NCBI GenBank assembly: GCA_030649025.1
Contig: JAUSGO010000028.1
Span: 1,074-65,073, forward strand
Length of the DNA stretch: 64,000 bases
Source of the DNA: a bacterium
GTDB lineage: Bacteria > Patescibacteriota > Minisyncoccia > JAUYLV01
Reading direction: 5' to 3'
Position 1 is the first letter of the stretch. Every line of letters starts with the position of its first letter. The notes beneath the pieces were generated by a model. That model did not search any database, was not told the DNA's origin, and worked only from the letters and a program-made list of their open reading frames with translations. Below are positions 1-9,733 of this stretch, piece by piece. A program made the position numbers and the translations under genes.

Positions 1-14
1 GTAGCGTTTCCCTG

Positions 15-1205
15 GTGTCTAAAGAAAAATCGCAGTCCCGCGAACACGTTTTTGCGTTCATGAAGGCGCATCCCGTAAGAGTTGTGCCGGAAGAGCGTCA
101 TCACAGTTGGTCGGATCAAATTTTATTATTATTTTCATCGCACACACTGCTTAAACCTATGTCACTTATTCTTATTCTCACGCTGCTTTTGGGCGGAGGT
201 ACCTCATTTGCCGCAGAACGAGCGTTACCGGGAAGTCTTCTGTATCCCATAAAAGTGCATGTCAACGAGGAGGTCAGAGGTCTCGTTGCTTTTTCTGCCG
301 AGGGAGAAGCGGGCTGGGAAGTTCGCCGAGTTGAACGTCGTCTTGAAGAAGCCGAGGAGCTTGCACATAATGGGGATCTCATTGGGGAAGTTAAGTCGAA
401 TATAGAAACAAACTTCGAAAATCATGCCGACCGCGTAAATAAGCGCATTGCCGCATTCGAATCGCGCCTGGACCTTGAAGCGGCTGCCGATATAAGCTCC
501 GATTTTGAAACCTCTCTCCGGGCACACGAGCGGATACTTAAAAGACTCGCCGAAAACGAAGACGAAGAAGAGAGTAAAACCGGAATAATGGTCCTTGCAA
601 CCTCGGTCCGGGTAGAAATAGAAAATACATCAAGATCCCGAGGAAACGTTGAATTAAAGTTCTCCGAGAAAAAAGGCCCGCAAGTTGAAACTGCCGCCAA
701 CGGAGCCCTGCAAGCCGCCGTCAATAAAGTAGCCGAGGTTCGCCGGCTCATCCAGATTGTAAAGGATGCGTTGGGAGACCGGGCGACCGCACAGGCAGAA
801 GCACGCCTCCTCGTGGCAGAAAACGCTATCGCGGAAGGGAAGGTGAAACTTGTTGCAGAAGCGCATGGAGAGGCGTTCGCGCTATTCAAAAAAGCCCATC
901 GCATTGCCCAAGAAGCAAAACTGCTCATTGAGGCAAGGAGGGCTCTCCGGCTTGAAATTGAATTCAACGGAGGGGCGGGGACTGAAGACAAGGACGAGGA
1001 TGAAGACGAACAGGAAGTCAGGCACGAAGAAAAAAATGATGATGACGATAAAGCGGGCTCATCTACATCCTCTCAAAACGAACGCAAGAAAGAACAAGAG
1101 AAGACAGCCTACATTGACGCAAATGATGAAGATCTTATGGAAGCCAACGCGATATTGCTATCGGCAACTTCGGGAACAGAATTCAGCACGGAGCTTGAAT
1201 TTTAA
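15..1205 (+). CDS. hypothetical membrane-anchored protein with coiled-coil region and acidic (D/E-rich) C-terminal tail
   Basis: Complete 396-aa ORF; N-terminal hydrophobic segment (LILILTLLLGGGTSFAA), Ala/Glu-rich heptad-like middle, DEDEDE acidic tail; no recognisable catalytic motif. Confidence 0.5.
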   Translation: MSKEKSQSREHVFAFMKAHPVRVVPEERHHSWSDQILLLFSSHTLLKPMSLILILTLLLGGGTSFAAERALPGSLLYPIKVHVNEEVRGLVAFSAEGEAGWEVRRVERRLEEAEELAHNGDLIGEVKSNIETNFENHADRVNKRIAAFESRLDLEAAADISSDFETSLRAHERILKRLAENEDEEESKTGIMVLATSVRVEIENTSRSRGNVELKFSEKKGPQVETAANGALQAAVNKVAEVRRLIQIVKDALGDRATAQAEARLLVAENAIAEGKVKLVAEAHGEAFALFKKAHRIAQEAKLLIEARRALRLEIEFNGGAGTEDKDEDEDEQEVRHEEKNDDDDKAGSSTSSQNERKKEQEKTAYIDANDEDLMEANAILLSATSGTEFSTELEF

Positions 1206-1242
1206 ACTCTCATTGGTATCGCTTAATTGTTAGCGCATACAT

Positions 1243-1285
1243 GATCAAAACTCCCCCGCGTCAAGACGTGGGGGAGTTTTTTAAT
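1243..1285. terminator. bidirectional rho-independent terminator between convergent genes
   Basis: Hairpin actcccccgcg-tcaaga-cgtgggggagt followed by ttttttaatt; A-run on the other side. Confidence 0.5.
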
Positions 1286-1297
1286 TGTTTCATTCTG

Positions 1298-2449
1298 TTA
1301 TAGCACCTGAGGAATATAATCCAGGAACGCTTGTCCATTCAGCGAAGCAAGAAGGGAGAAGAAGGCCACAAGGATAAGTGCGCGGGCGATGAGGTCTTTA
1401 TGCTGAATATCTATGCGAATGAAGATATTCAGGATCGAAGCAAGAATAACAAAGGCAAGAAACGCCAGGAACGAGCTTTCAATCACGCGCTCGGAAGCCG
1501 TCATGAGGTTCACGACAAAAACAAGATGCCTCGGCGGCGCCTGTTTGATGACCTCCTGTTCGGCGGCAGTTCCTGCGACTGCACTTTCCGGCACAAAAGA
1601 AGCTGTCGGCGCTGTTTCTGCCTGAACCAGCGAAGCGGGTAACGGCGCCTCCTCCACCGCAACGGTCGCTACGTCGCTTGCTTCAGGAAATGGGGTTGCG
1701 GACGGAGTTGCTTGGGGAGTTTGCGAAGGAGAAGGCGCGGCACTCGGTAGTGGCGTTTTTATCGGAGACACCTTTGGCGAGACCACGGGAGTTGCCACGG
1801 GAACAGGAGCAGAGCTTTTGCCGAACATTTGCACAACCACAATAGAAGGTCTTTCGGGGTCTCCGGATGGAGCGGAGGCAACCGCGATGCCTATCTCCTG
1901 GTAGTTTCCGTTCAGAATATTCGCCCGGTGTAAGGGAGAAGCAAGCCAGGCTTCAACAACGGCACGACTATCCACAAAATCTTTTGCAAGATTCTCTCCG
2001 GCGTAGAGATACCGGTATCCTGCGTTTCGGAACCAGTACCAGGGACTTTTACCATCGGGGCTTTCGTGCGCGAAATAATTCTTCGCAACCATGTCCTGCG
2101 CCTTCTCTTGCGCGGCCTTTGCAAGCAGAGAATTTGTGTTGAGTTCGCCAAGCCCCTGGGCTTTGCGCGATTCGTTCGTAAGCGCCACCAGGGTTGCGCT
2201 GGTCACATCGGCAAAAAAGTACGCCCGTGGTAAAAACGTGAGAATGGAAATGACCCCGAGCTTCAATACCAAAGCAACCGCGATATAGGCTCCGAAAGAA
2301 TAACTCTCCAAGCTTCTCGGCCTGAAATGATTCTCGTCGCACGGGATGAAAAACAGCTTCAAATTATGGCTTATTTTAGACAAAAAATTCATAAAAGGAT
2401 ATCGAGTTTTATCTAACTCTATTATACATTCTAATAACTGATTTGTCAA
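1298..2449 (-). CDS. CAP/SCP (PR-1/YkwD-like) domain protein with Pro/Ala/Thr-rich linker and C-terminal membrane anchor
   Basis: Motifs typical of CAP superfamily: YFAHESPDGKSPWYW, GENLAKDF, AWLASPLHRANILNGNYQEIGIAV; long PVPVATPVVSPK...linker; hydrophobic C-terminal segments. Confidence 0.7.
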   Translation of the reverse strand: MTNQLLECIIELDKTRYPFMNFLSKISHNLKLFFIPCDENHFRPRSLESYSFGAYIAVALVLKLGVISILTFLPRAYFFADVTSATLVALTNESRKAQGLGELNTNSLLAKAAQEKAQDMVAKNYFAHESPDGKSPWYWFRNAGYRYLYAGENLAKDFVDSRAVVEAWLASPLHRANILNGNYQEIGIAVASAPSGDPERPSIVVVQMFGKSSAPVPVATPVVSPKVSPIKTPLPSAAPSPSQTPQATPSATPFPEASDVATVAVEEAPLPASLVQAETAPTASFVPESAVAGTAAEQEVIKQAPPRHLVFVVNLMTASERVIESSFLAFLAFVILASILNIFIRIDIQHKDLIARALILVAFFSLLASLNGQAFLDYIPQVL

Positions 2450-2458
2450 TATTACACA

Positions 2459-3103
2459 TCATTCTATAATCTGCTCCGCAACCACCACGAGACGCTGTTT
2501 TGTAGAGAAAAGCGGTGAGCAGGTGATGAGGGTAATGATGGATTTTTCCGATGGGGCGACGACCGAAAAATCGTTAGGTTCAATGATCTTTGTTTGGGCA
2601 ACTTTATATGTATAGACCTTCCCCTGCCAGCGAGCGGACAGCGTATCCCCCAGTTTCAACTTGTCCAAACTGTAAAACGTCGTGTTGTTCGGCGGTAGGT
2701 AGCGGAAGCGATGACCGAATACTACGGTGTTGGAACCCTTCTTTGGCGTAGACGTTCCGGGGTAGCGCCATGCGCCATACAGCAATGCGCCCGCATCTTT
2801 CCCTTCCACGATAGGCACCGACACGCCTATTTTTTCAATAAAAAGACGATTATCGTCTGCTGGCTTTGACCGCGGAGTCGGGGTCGGCGCGGGAACGGTT
2901 GAGTCAGAGCCCGTCGCGCCCGGCGCGATCTCTTCAAGGATGGCGTCTTTGGCAAGCAAGTCATCGGCATCCTCCACATATTCGGAAAGCTGTTTGGCAT
3001 CTGAAAAAAGTATCGGCACGAATGGAAAAAGCGCTCCCAAAAGAGCTATAAATATCAGGGTGCATCCTGCTCCTATAAGCGCAATGGACCGCTTTCTTAC
3101 CAT
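2459..3103 (-). CDS. sortase-family transpeptidase
   Basis: N-terminal TM anchor; conserved His (VVFGHRFRY), catalytic Cys in TLITC motif (ITLITCSP) and downstream Arg (KQRLVVVA) in sortase order. Confidence 0.75.
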   Translation of the reverse strand: MVRKRSIALIGAGCTLIFIALLGALFPFVPILFSDAKQLSEYVEDADDLLAKDAILEEIAPGATGSDSTVPAPTPTPRSKPADDNRLFIEKIGVSVPIVEGKDAGALLYGAWRYPGTSTPKKGSNTVVFGHRFRYLPPNNTTFYSLDKLKLGDTLSARWQGKVYTYKVAQTKIIEPNDFSVVAPSEKSIITLITCSPLFSTKQRLVVVAEQIIE

Positions 3104-3145
3104 GTGCGCATTATAACACGACGGGTCCGCGATTAACTATACAAA

Positions 3146-3176
3146 ACCCCGCCGGAAAGGCGGGGTTTTGATTTTG
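3146..3176. terminator. rho-independent terminator downstream of the surface-protein gene (minus strand)
   Basis: Hairpin aaaaccccgcc-ggaaa-ggcggggtttt flanked by T/A runs. Confidence 0.5.
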
Positions 3177-3193
3177 GTTTTTGCCGATGAGCG

Positions 3194-5050
3194 TTACACG
3201 CCTGTGTTGCCGAAAAATTTATTTGCAAGTTCCGGCGAGATGAAAAGCTCTTCAATGCGCGACGGCATGATGCGTGCGCCAAGCGTGATAAGCAGAAGCC
3301 CTGTTGCAGCAAGTGCTATCATGAACGAGAGATAGATGCGGTCGAACATGAGGAAGCCCGCCTGCGGAAGTTGCGTATCGGCTGCACCAAGCACCTGGCC
3401 TTCAGTAGAAGCGCCCGCAACGGTCGGCGTAGGCGTGGGAGCTGGCGTCGGGGTTGCGGTTGGTCCGCCGCCGCCTCCGTTGGTTACCGTAACATTTGCT
3501 TGCGCAAGAATGGCCGAGCTATAGAAGGAGCTGGTCACCTGGGCGTTTATGGGATAGGTCCCCGATGAGACGCCGCTGCCCACATTCATGTTGAAGTTGA
3601 ATGATTGCGAAGCGCTCGGAGCAAGAGAAGATATTGTGGGGAAGGTTTGGGAGCCGGAGCTGTCGGCCATTGCCATACGCACGAATGGCAGGACAAACGT
3701 CTTTGCGGTGCCGCCCTCCGGGAAGCTGAAGCCCGCAGGAAGCGTAACCGTAATTATCACGTTGCTGTCAGAAAGGTTTCCGGTATTGTTCACGGTCACC
3801 GTACCCTGGGACTGTCCTCCGGCATTCACCGTTGAAGGATTTGCCGAAAGCGAGAGATTGAGAATGACCGCACTACCGCCTCCTCCACCGCCGCCACAAT
3901 TCGACTGACAACCGGGAGTAGGCGTGGGTGTAGGTTCGGGGGTTGGGGTTGGCTCTGGAGTGGGTTCCGGAGTAGGTTCTGGGGTTGGCTCAGGCGTAGG
4001 AAGAGTATTTACTGAAATATCAACACCGTCGTTGTCGTTGCTGTTATTATTATCAAATTCTGTTGCATCTGCCGAAGCGGTATTGGTTATGGCTTGGCCA
4101 CCAGTTCCGCTGTTGACCGTAACGGTGATGGTTAGAGTTGCAAACACGGTGCTTGCCAGAGAACCCACCGTCCATATACCAGTAGCGCCGTTGTAGCTTC
4201 CCTGGCTGGCGCTTGAAGAAACGTACGTCACGCCGGTTGGCAAAATGTCGGTGACCACAACATTGGTGGAGTTGTCCGGACCACTGTTGGTGACTGTAAC
4301 GGTATACGTTATAGTTTGGCCCTCATCTGGCGTTGCGTCGTCAACCGTTTTGTCGGTTGCAAGATCCGAGATCGACTCATAACATTTGAGATAATCTTGG
4401 TTGTAATTGTTTGAATTTGCCGAGGTTGCGAAGAATTTTGCGGTGTTCAGTGAAATTCCTGACCCCGTAAGCTGGGCTTTGGGAATTGCCCAATCAACAA
4501 AGTATAGACCTCCACCCGCCGAAGTTGCCTGTGCGTGTGTTGAGGCCACATCGCTCCAAAGCAGAGTATCCGCCGGATCATTGAATATCGATGGGCTAAA
4601 GTCTACGGCAGTTACCGCGGGGCTATTCTGCCATATTTCAACCTTGTCATCCTTGCCGTTAAGAGCAAGGAGGTATTGGTAGGCGGGTAAAGTGGTTTGC
4701 ATCAAAACAACCCAGGAATGATTTTTCCAACCGCCTCCATTATCGATAGGATTGCCATTATCGATAGGATTGCCATTAACTCTCTCTCGGAAGTAAAAAT
4801 AACTTGCGTCTTCAGCAAAACCGACCGCAGGATTGCTGGTATCACCAATTAAATCTCTGTGGTCGGTTGGGGGCTCCGCAAGGTCAGTTGAACATTGCGC
4901 CGGCGACGTCCAAGATGTCGGCCAAATTGGAGCCGCTTGGGCCGCCAACGGCACCGACTGAAACACCATAGACATGGTGAAAACCGCCGTGTAGAACGCT
5001 ACGAACGGGCGGATAATCCTGGCCCTCTTTTTTGTCGTGAAATAGTACAT
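3194..5050 (-). CDS. cell-surface protein: signal peptide, DUF11-type conserved repeat domain, PEPT tandem linker, poly-Gly run, C-terminal LPQAG + hydrophobic segment (candidate sortase substrate)
   Basis: 618-aa ORF; TITYTVTVTNSGPDNSTNVVVTDILPTGVTYV (DUF11-like); (PEPT)n; GGGGGGG; C-terminus QLPQAGFLMF...hydrophobic...R. Confidence 0.7.
   Translation of the reverse strand: MYYFTTKKRARIIRPFVAFYTAVFTMSMVFQSVPLAAQAAPIWPTSWTSPAQCSTDLAEPPTDHRDLIGDTSNPAVGFAEDASYFYFRERVNGNPIDNGNPIDNGGGWKNHSWVVLMQTTLPAYQYLLALNGKDDKVEIWQNSPAVTAVDFSPSIFNDPADTLLWSDVASTHAQATSAGGGLYFVDWAIPKAQLTGSGISLNTAKFFATSANSNNYNQDYLKCYESISDLATDKTVDDATPDEGQTITYTVTVTNSGPDNSTNVVVTDILPTGVTYVSSSASQGSYNGATGIWTVGSLASTVFATLTITVTVNSGTGGQAITNTASADATEFDNNNSNDNDGVDISVNTLPTPEPTPEPTPEPTPEPTPTPEPTPTPTPGCQSNCGGGGGGGSAVILNLSLSANPSTVNAGGQSQGTVTVNNTGNLSDSNVIITVTLPAGFSFPEGGTAKTFVLPFVRMAMADSSGSQTFPTISSLAPSASQSFNFNMNVGSGVSSGTYPINAQVTSSFYSSAILAQANVTVTNGGGGGPTATPTPAPTPTPTVAGASTEGQVLGAADTQLPQAGFLMFDRIYLSFMIALAATGLLLITLGARIMPSRIEELFISPELANKFFGNTGV
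3903..4012. repeat. tandem 12-nt repeats encoding [10 protein letters not shown] linker
   Basis: Visible ggttc(t/c)gg(g/a)gt(t/a)gg periodicity; translation (minus) [24 protein letters not shown]. Confidence 0.7.
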
Positions 5051-5243
5051 ATATGTAAGGCTTTTTGCCTTAAATAATGATAATTTTAATTAAGGATTCA
5101 GTTTAGCATCGATATCAAATTCTGTCAAGTTCTCCAAAGGGAAAACGGTAAATACTGAATCAAGTCGTAAGCGCCTTAAAGTATATCACAGATAGCGTTT
5201 TTAACAGAAAAAGCCGTATGTGGAAAAGGAGTTGATGTCTCAT

Positions 5244-7019
5244 TTATGCCAAGCGGCCGGATTGGAAATGCCGACGGAAACGTCTTTCGCGAAATCTAAT
5301 GATGCTTACTTTCGCAAAAAGCCGGAACTCGGCACGCAAATTATACAGGCCAAGCTGTTTGGCTTTCAGCCATTCTTGAGCGCGAATGCGCATGACGGCT
5401 TTGTGGTACCGGTATTCTGCCGGTATTTCGTCAATGCGATACTTGCGGATAAAAAAGCTCGTGCGGGCCAAAAGTCTTTGCATGCGACTTCGCGCGTTGG
5501 CGACAAAAAGTCCCGCAAAAACCGCAAGCCCGGAAAACGCAACTCCCGCCGGAATTGCCGCAGCAGCAGTACCCGTGCTTATGTCAAAGACGCCAAGCAC
5601 TTGCGGAGTTGGATTGGTTTTTGGAGGATTTGGGATTGCCGCGGTTGACGCGCCAAGCACTTGCGGAGCAGGCACGCATGGAGCGGAAGAGATGCGAAGA
5701 ATGGATGTATCGGATGCGGGAGGGTAGGCATTGCCGAAAAGGAGAGACGCGGTGTTCACCAACGGAGCGGTGTCCGCGGTGAGGCCGGCGGGTATTACTA
5801 CGGAAAACGAAACCGTAAATGAAGAGCCCGGAGTAAGCAAAGGAAGCGCGAGCGAACCGTCTTCCATCGGGTCGGACGATGAGGCGCCATTCAGCATGGT
5901 TGAACCCGGAACGACAATAAGGGGAGACGGAAGAACATCTTGGAGTGTTACGCCGTTGAGGACGTTCGGATTTGCCTGGATGGCGGTGAGAAGGAATTCT
6001 ACGGTCTCGCCGGGAGAAGCCGCGACAACTTCTCCGTAATCAGCCTGATTGCAGGATATATTACGTAGAGCATTGCCAATTCTTGCCGGTGATGCAGTTC
6101 CCCCACCTCCTCCGCCTCCACCACCGCCCCCACCCCCACCTCCACCTCCTCCGCCAGGAGGCGGTGTTGGGGCTGGAGTAGATGTTGGCGTTGGAGTGGG
6201 CTCAGGAGTAGGCGTCGGTGACGGTGTCGGCGTTGGGGTCGGTGTAGGCGTCGGAGTAGGAGTCGGCGTGGGAGTAGGCTCCGGTGTAGGCGATGGAGTT
6301 GGAGACTCTGATGGAGTCGGGGTCGGAGTTGGGGATTCGCTCGGGGTTGGAGTCTGGGTTGGTGTAGGCGTGGGTGAAGGCGTGGGTGAAGGCGTCGGAG
6401 TAGGTGTCGGCTCTGGCGTTGGAGACTCGGACGGTGTTGGGGTAGGTGATGGAGTAGGTGATGGAGTAGGTGTGGGAGTAGGAGTAGGAGTAGGAGTAGG
6501 TTCGGGTGTAGGAGTCGGCGTGGGAGTAGGCTCCGGTGTAGGCGATGGAGTTGGAGACTCTGATGGAGTCGGGGTCGGAGTTGGCGAAGGCGTTGGTGTC
6601 GGGGTGATACCGCAGTTTTGTAGGTCTACTGCCTGGGGATTATGTAAAGAAAGGGTTGTCCCATCAATGGTCACGGTGCCGTCGCTTACGTCGTATATCG
6701 TTGCGCCATATGGCGGGTAATCCAGATAATGCGCAGTATCACCCGTGTGCTTGCTGAACAAAGCCGTGCGCACGGTGCCGTTTAGTCCGTAAGAAACGAA
6801 GCCGTAGTCTGATACGGAATCTGGCAGATGCACAACCACAAAGTGCACTTCAGCGGAGGTGCTTTCCCCGGTGCACTCAACGTGGCTCAAATTAAGCTGC
6901 ATTTCCCGCTCTGCCATTGCCGCAAAGAAAGAAACGAACGAAAACAGGACAACAAAGACGCCGGCCAATACGCGTCTTAAGAAGTTATTGTTTTTGTGAA
7001 AGCCTGTGAAGACATTCAT
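5244..7019 (-). CDS. cell-surface protein with very long Pro/Thr/Ser/Glu repeat linker, 19-residue poly-Gly tract, DUF11-like C-terminal domain and C-terminal hydrophobic anchor
   Basis: 591-aa ORF; signal/TM at N-terminus; [16 protein letters not shown]... repeats; G19; ...[24 protein letters not shown] hydrophobic anchor followed by an unusually long (about 80 aa) basic tail. Confidence 0.65.
   Translation of the reverse strand: MNVFTGFHKNNNFLRRVLAGVFVVLFSFVSFFAAMAEREMQLNLSHVECTGESTSAEVHFVVVHLPDSVSDYGFVSYGLNGTVRTALFSKHTGDTAHYLDYPPYGATIYDVSDGTVTIDGTTLSLHNPQAVDLQNCGITPTPTPSPTPTPTPSESPTPSPTPEPTPTPTPTPEPTPTPTPTPTPTPSPTPSPTPTPSESPTPEPTPTPTPSPTPSPTPTPTQTPTPSESPTPTPTPSESPTPSPTPEPTPTPTPTPTPTPTPTPTPSPTPTPEPTPTPTSTPAPTPPPGGGGGGGGGGGGGGGGGGGTASPARIGNALRNISCNQADYGEVVAASPGETVEFLLTAIQANPNVLNGVTLQDVLPSPLIVVPGSTMLNGASSSDPMEDGSLALPLLTPGSSFTVSFSVVIPAGLTADTAPLVNTASLLFGNAYPPASDTSILRISSAPCVPAPQVLGASTAAIPNPPKTNPTPQVLGVFDISTGTAAAAIPAGVAFSGLAVFAGLFVANARSRMQRLLARTSFFIRKYRIDEIPAEYRYHKAVMRIRAQEWLKAKQLGLYNLRAEFRLFAKVSIIRFRERRFRRHFQSGRLA
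6098..6600. repeat. low-complexity coding repeats (poly-Gly then PT/SP dipeptide repeats with a higher-order about 250-bp duplication)
   Basis: ccccc/cctcc runs 6098-6165; gg(a/c/t)gt(a/c/g)gg 6-nt periodicity; near-identical segment ggctccggtgtaggcgatggagttggagactctgatggagtcggggtcggagttgg at about 6279 and about 6530. Confidence 0.8.
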
Positions 7020-7054
7020 ATATGTAAGAAAAAAATTCTATGGGTTTTTTGGAA

Positions 7055-7972
7055 TTATTCAACGCGATCTGCCCGCACGGCTATCCTCTGCCAGTTCGTG
7101 CCCACCGGCCAGCAGGATACCAGAACAATACCCTCTCCGTCGAGACTTTGGAGAACGTCCTCCTTCGCATTTTTTGGATCTATGATAAAATGGTCACGCA
7201 CCCGGTAGTGCAGTATCTTGCCGGACATTTCTATGGCTATCGGATCTCCCGCCTTAAGTTTATCAAGCAGGGCGAAAACCGACCCATATTTTCCACGATA
7301 GGTCATTGGAGCTGAGCTGTGGCCCAAGAGGACCGATGTTCCACCGCTTCCGATCTCCGCGCTTCCCGGCCAGCGAATAACCCCCCCTCCCAGATCTTTG
7401 TTGATGGTTTTCAAATTAAAAGCAGTCTCCACAATGGGAGCGGAAACTCGTAAGCTCGGTATCCGTATACGCGGAGTTTTTGGAATTGCCGCGGCCTCAA
7501 TGAGTTTCTTTTCAACAGGAGACGTTTCGGAAGCGCCCAATGGGGCGGATGCATGGGAAGATAAGGCTGGCGGCACACTTTGAACCTCATAGTTTTCTCC
7601 TGCCGTAGCAAGACCCATCAACGATTCTTCAATATTCGCCGCAAGCGGCAGAAGTGTAGGTGTTTTTTTAATTTCAAATTCATCTCTGGACACCAGCGCG
7701 GTAAGTGCGGGCCAATTTTCGTGTAAATAATAGGAAGCGCGAGCGGCGTAAGAACGGCCCGAAGCGTAAAAGGATAGCGCCAACATCAAAAAGCCGGATG
7801 CCAAAAGGATCTTCAGAAAGTTTTTCCGGTTCATAAGCGAATGTTGATGCCGAGTCAATTCGTCGCTAATGATGCCGTCTCTAAGATAGATGCGGCGCGT
7901 TCCAAATTTAAAGACCGAGATTGCTGGGGTCATGCTATGTGGGGCTCTGATTTTATGACTATAATGGTACAA
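7055..7972 (-). CDS. second sortase-family protein (divergent)
   Basis: TM anchor (LKILLASGFLMLALSFYA), conserved His (VLLGHSSAP), Cys (VLVSCWP) and Arg (NWQRIAVRA) in sortase order; alternative start at 7834 (MNRKNFLKIL...). Confidence 0.6.
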   Translation of the reverse strand: MYHYSHKIRAPHSMTPAISVFKFGTRRIYLRDGIISDELTRHQHSLMNRKNFLKILLASGFLMLALSFYASGRSYAARASYYLHENWPALTALVSRDEFEIKKTPTLLPLAANIEESLMGLATAGENYEVQSVPPALSSHASAPLGASETSPVEKKLIEAAAIPKTPRIRIPSLRVSAPIVETAFNLKTINKDLGGGVIRWPGSAEIGSGGTSVLLGHSSAPMTYRGKYGSVFALLDKLKAGDPIAIEMSGKILHYRVRDHFIIDPKNAKEDVLQSLDGEGIVLVSCWPVGTNWQRIAVRADRVE

Positions 7973-8065
7973 GAGTCCGAAAGTACATTCTATAATAGTC
8001 TTAATTCTTTGTCAAGTTTCCTCGAGTAAACACATTATTCAACAGGATTGCAAAGTAATTAAAAC

Positions 8066-8094
8066 TTGACATTTTTTTATGAGCGTGTTAACAT
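8066..8094 (+). promoter_or_regulatory. sigma70-like promoter upstream of pilB
   Basis: TTGACA - 17 nt - TAACAT about 65 nt upstream of start codon. Confidence 0.4.
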
Positions 8095-8157
8095 GGCATT
8101 TCATCTCATTCGGTACCCAGGGGTGGCCGAAAATCTTGTAAAAACATCAAATTACAT

Positions 8158-9714
8158 ATGGAAAAGGTTCAGATAAAAATCAATAAATCCGCTTCCGTGT
8201 CCGGGAAGGATGCGGCACTCCCGAGCCTTCCTGCTAGCGCGAAGAACGTCGTTCCCAAAAAGGAAGTTTTGGAACTGATACCCGTGTCCTTGGTGAAAGA
8301 ATTCGGTGCGTTTGTTTTTGACGCGTCAGAAAAAGAAATAAAGATCGCCGCTCAAGATCCAAGCCAACCGGTCCTGCAAAAATTCGTGTTGGAACGCTTT
8401 GGAGAAAAAGCGAAATGGTTTGGCGCATCCGAAGAGGATGTCCAATTCATCATCAAGCATTATCCACGGGACTTCAAAGACGAAATTTCCCGGCTTACCG
8501 AAAATCCCAATGTTAACGGCAACATCGTGGAAATTGTCGACCGCATCATTGCTTACGCCATTGCCGAAAAAGCAAGCGATGTGCACATTGAGTCGATGCG
8601 CGGCCAGACCCTGGTGCGCTTCCGCGTGGACGGCTTGCTTCACAAAGTGCTTACCATGCCTCAAGACGTGCATCAAGCCATGATCGCGCGCTGTAAAATT
8701 CTGGCAAATTTGAAAATAGACGAATACCGCCGCCCGCAAGACGGCAGAATCGAGCTGGAAACTCCTCCCAATACTTCGCTACGCATTTCCATCGTACCTA
8801 CGCTTCATGGAGAAAAAATAGCCATGCGTATTCTGGACGACTCGAACAAAAATCTCTCGATGGAGAATCTCGGTTTCTCAAAAAGCCACCAAGAAATACT
8901 TTTACGCAACATTGAAAAGCCATTTGGCATGATGGTGACTTCAGGCCCCACGGGGTCGGGAAAAACCACAACGCTTTACGGCCTGTTGAGCCTTCTGCCG
9001 AAAGACGGCATAAACATCTCCACGCTCGAGGACCCCATTGAGTACGCTCTCGACGGCGTCAACCAGATCCAAATAAATCCCCGGGTGGACCTTACCTTCG
9101 CTTCCGGACTCAAGGCACTTCTGCGCCAAGACCCGGATATCATTATGGTAGGAGAGATCCGCGATTCGGAAACCGCGGTGATGGCGGCAAATGCCGCGCT
9201 CACGGGACATATGGTGCTTACCACGCTTCATACCAACGATGCGCCATCGGCCGTAACAAGGCTTCTAGAAATGAAGGTGGAGGATTTCGTGGTAAGTTCC
9301 ATCGTCAACCTGGTCATCGCGCAACGGCTCGTGCGGAAAATTTGCGAATCCTGCGCCGAAGAACGGAAACTCGACGAAATTCTTTTTAAAAAAATTACGG
9401 AGCGCGGAGATGTCAAAGAGGCCCTGGAAAGCATGGGGCAGAGCATGGACCAAATTCGCGAGCGTACATTCCGCGTCGGCAAGGGCTGCGATGCGTGCCT
9501 CGGAACGGGATATGTTGGACGCGCCGGAATTTTTGAATTACTGGAGCTTAATAAAACCATACACGACCTTATTCTGGAACACGCGCCATCGGAGCGCATC
9601 AAAGAGGTAGCAATAAAAGCAGGATTCAAAGACATGATTGCCGACGGCCTGGAGAAAGTTTTTTCTGGCGTGACCACGTTCGATGAAGTTCTGCGCACAA
9701 CCCGCAACGTGTAA
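8158..9714 (+). CDS. pilB: type IV pilus assembly ATPase PilB (GspE/PilB family)
   Basis: Walker A VTSGPTGSGKTTTLY, Asp box, Walker B/His box, tetracysteine motif CESC...CDAC; N-terminal GspE_N-like region. Confidence 0.9.
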   Translation: MEKVQIKINKSASVSGKDAALPSLPASAKNVVPKKEVLELIPVSLVKEFGAFVFDASEKEIKIAAQDPSQPVLQKFVLERFGEKAKWFGASEEDVQFIIKHYPRDFKDEISRLTENPNVNGNIVEIVDRIIAYAIAEKASDVHIESMRGQTLVRFRVDGLLHKVLTMPQDVHQAMIARCKILANLKIDEYRRPQDGRIELETPPNTSLRISIVPTLHGEKIAMRILDDSNKNLSMENLGFSKSHQEILLRNIEKPFGMMVTSGPTGSGKTTTLYGLLSLLPKDGINISTLEDPIEYALDGVNQIQINPRVDLTFASGLKALLRQDPDIIMVGEIRDSETAVMAANAALTGHMVLTTLHTNDAPSAVTRLLEMKVEDFVVSSIVNLVIAQRLVRKICESCAEERKLDEILFKKITERGDVKEALESMGQSMDQIRERTFRVGKGCDACLGTGYVGRAGIFELLELNKTIHDLILEHAPSERIKEVAIKAGFKDMIADGLEKVFSGVTTFDEVLRTTRNV

Positions 9715-9733
9715 TATTATTTTTTGAAACCAC

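Noticed and set aside
422-991. 189-aa minus-strand ORF
   Set aside because: It is antisense to the Ala/Glu-rich coiled-coil gene. GCN-rich repeats give open antisense frames.
3900-6600. Possible CRISPR array because of short periodic repeats
   Set aside because: The repeats are contiguous 6-12-nt coding repeats in frame within long ORFs, with no repeat-spacer architecture and no cas genes.
6049-6720. 223-aa + strand ORF rich in poly-Pro and GVGVG repeats (also 3924..4196 and 5731..6039 + ORFs)
   Set aside because: It is the reverse-complement reading of the PT/poly-Gly repeat tract of the minus-strand surface-protein gene. Repeat DNA yields open frames on both strands, and the surface protein has a signal peptide and domains whereas this frame has none.
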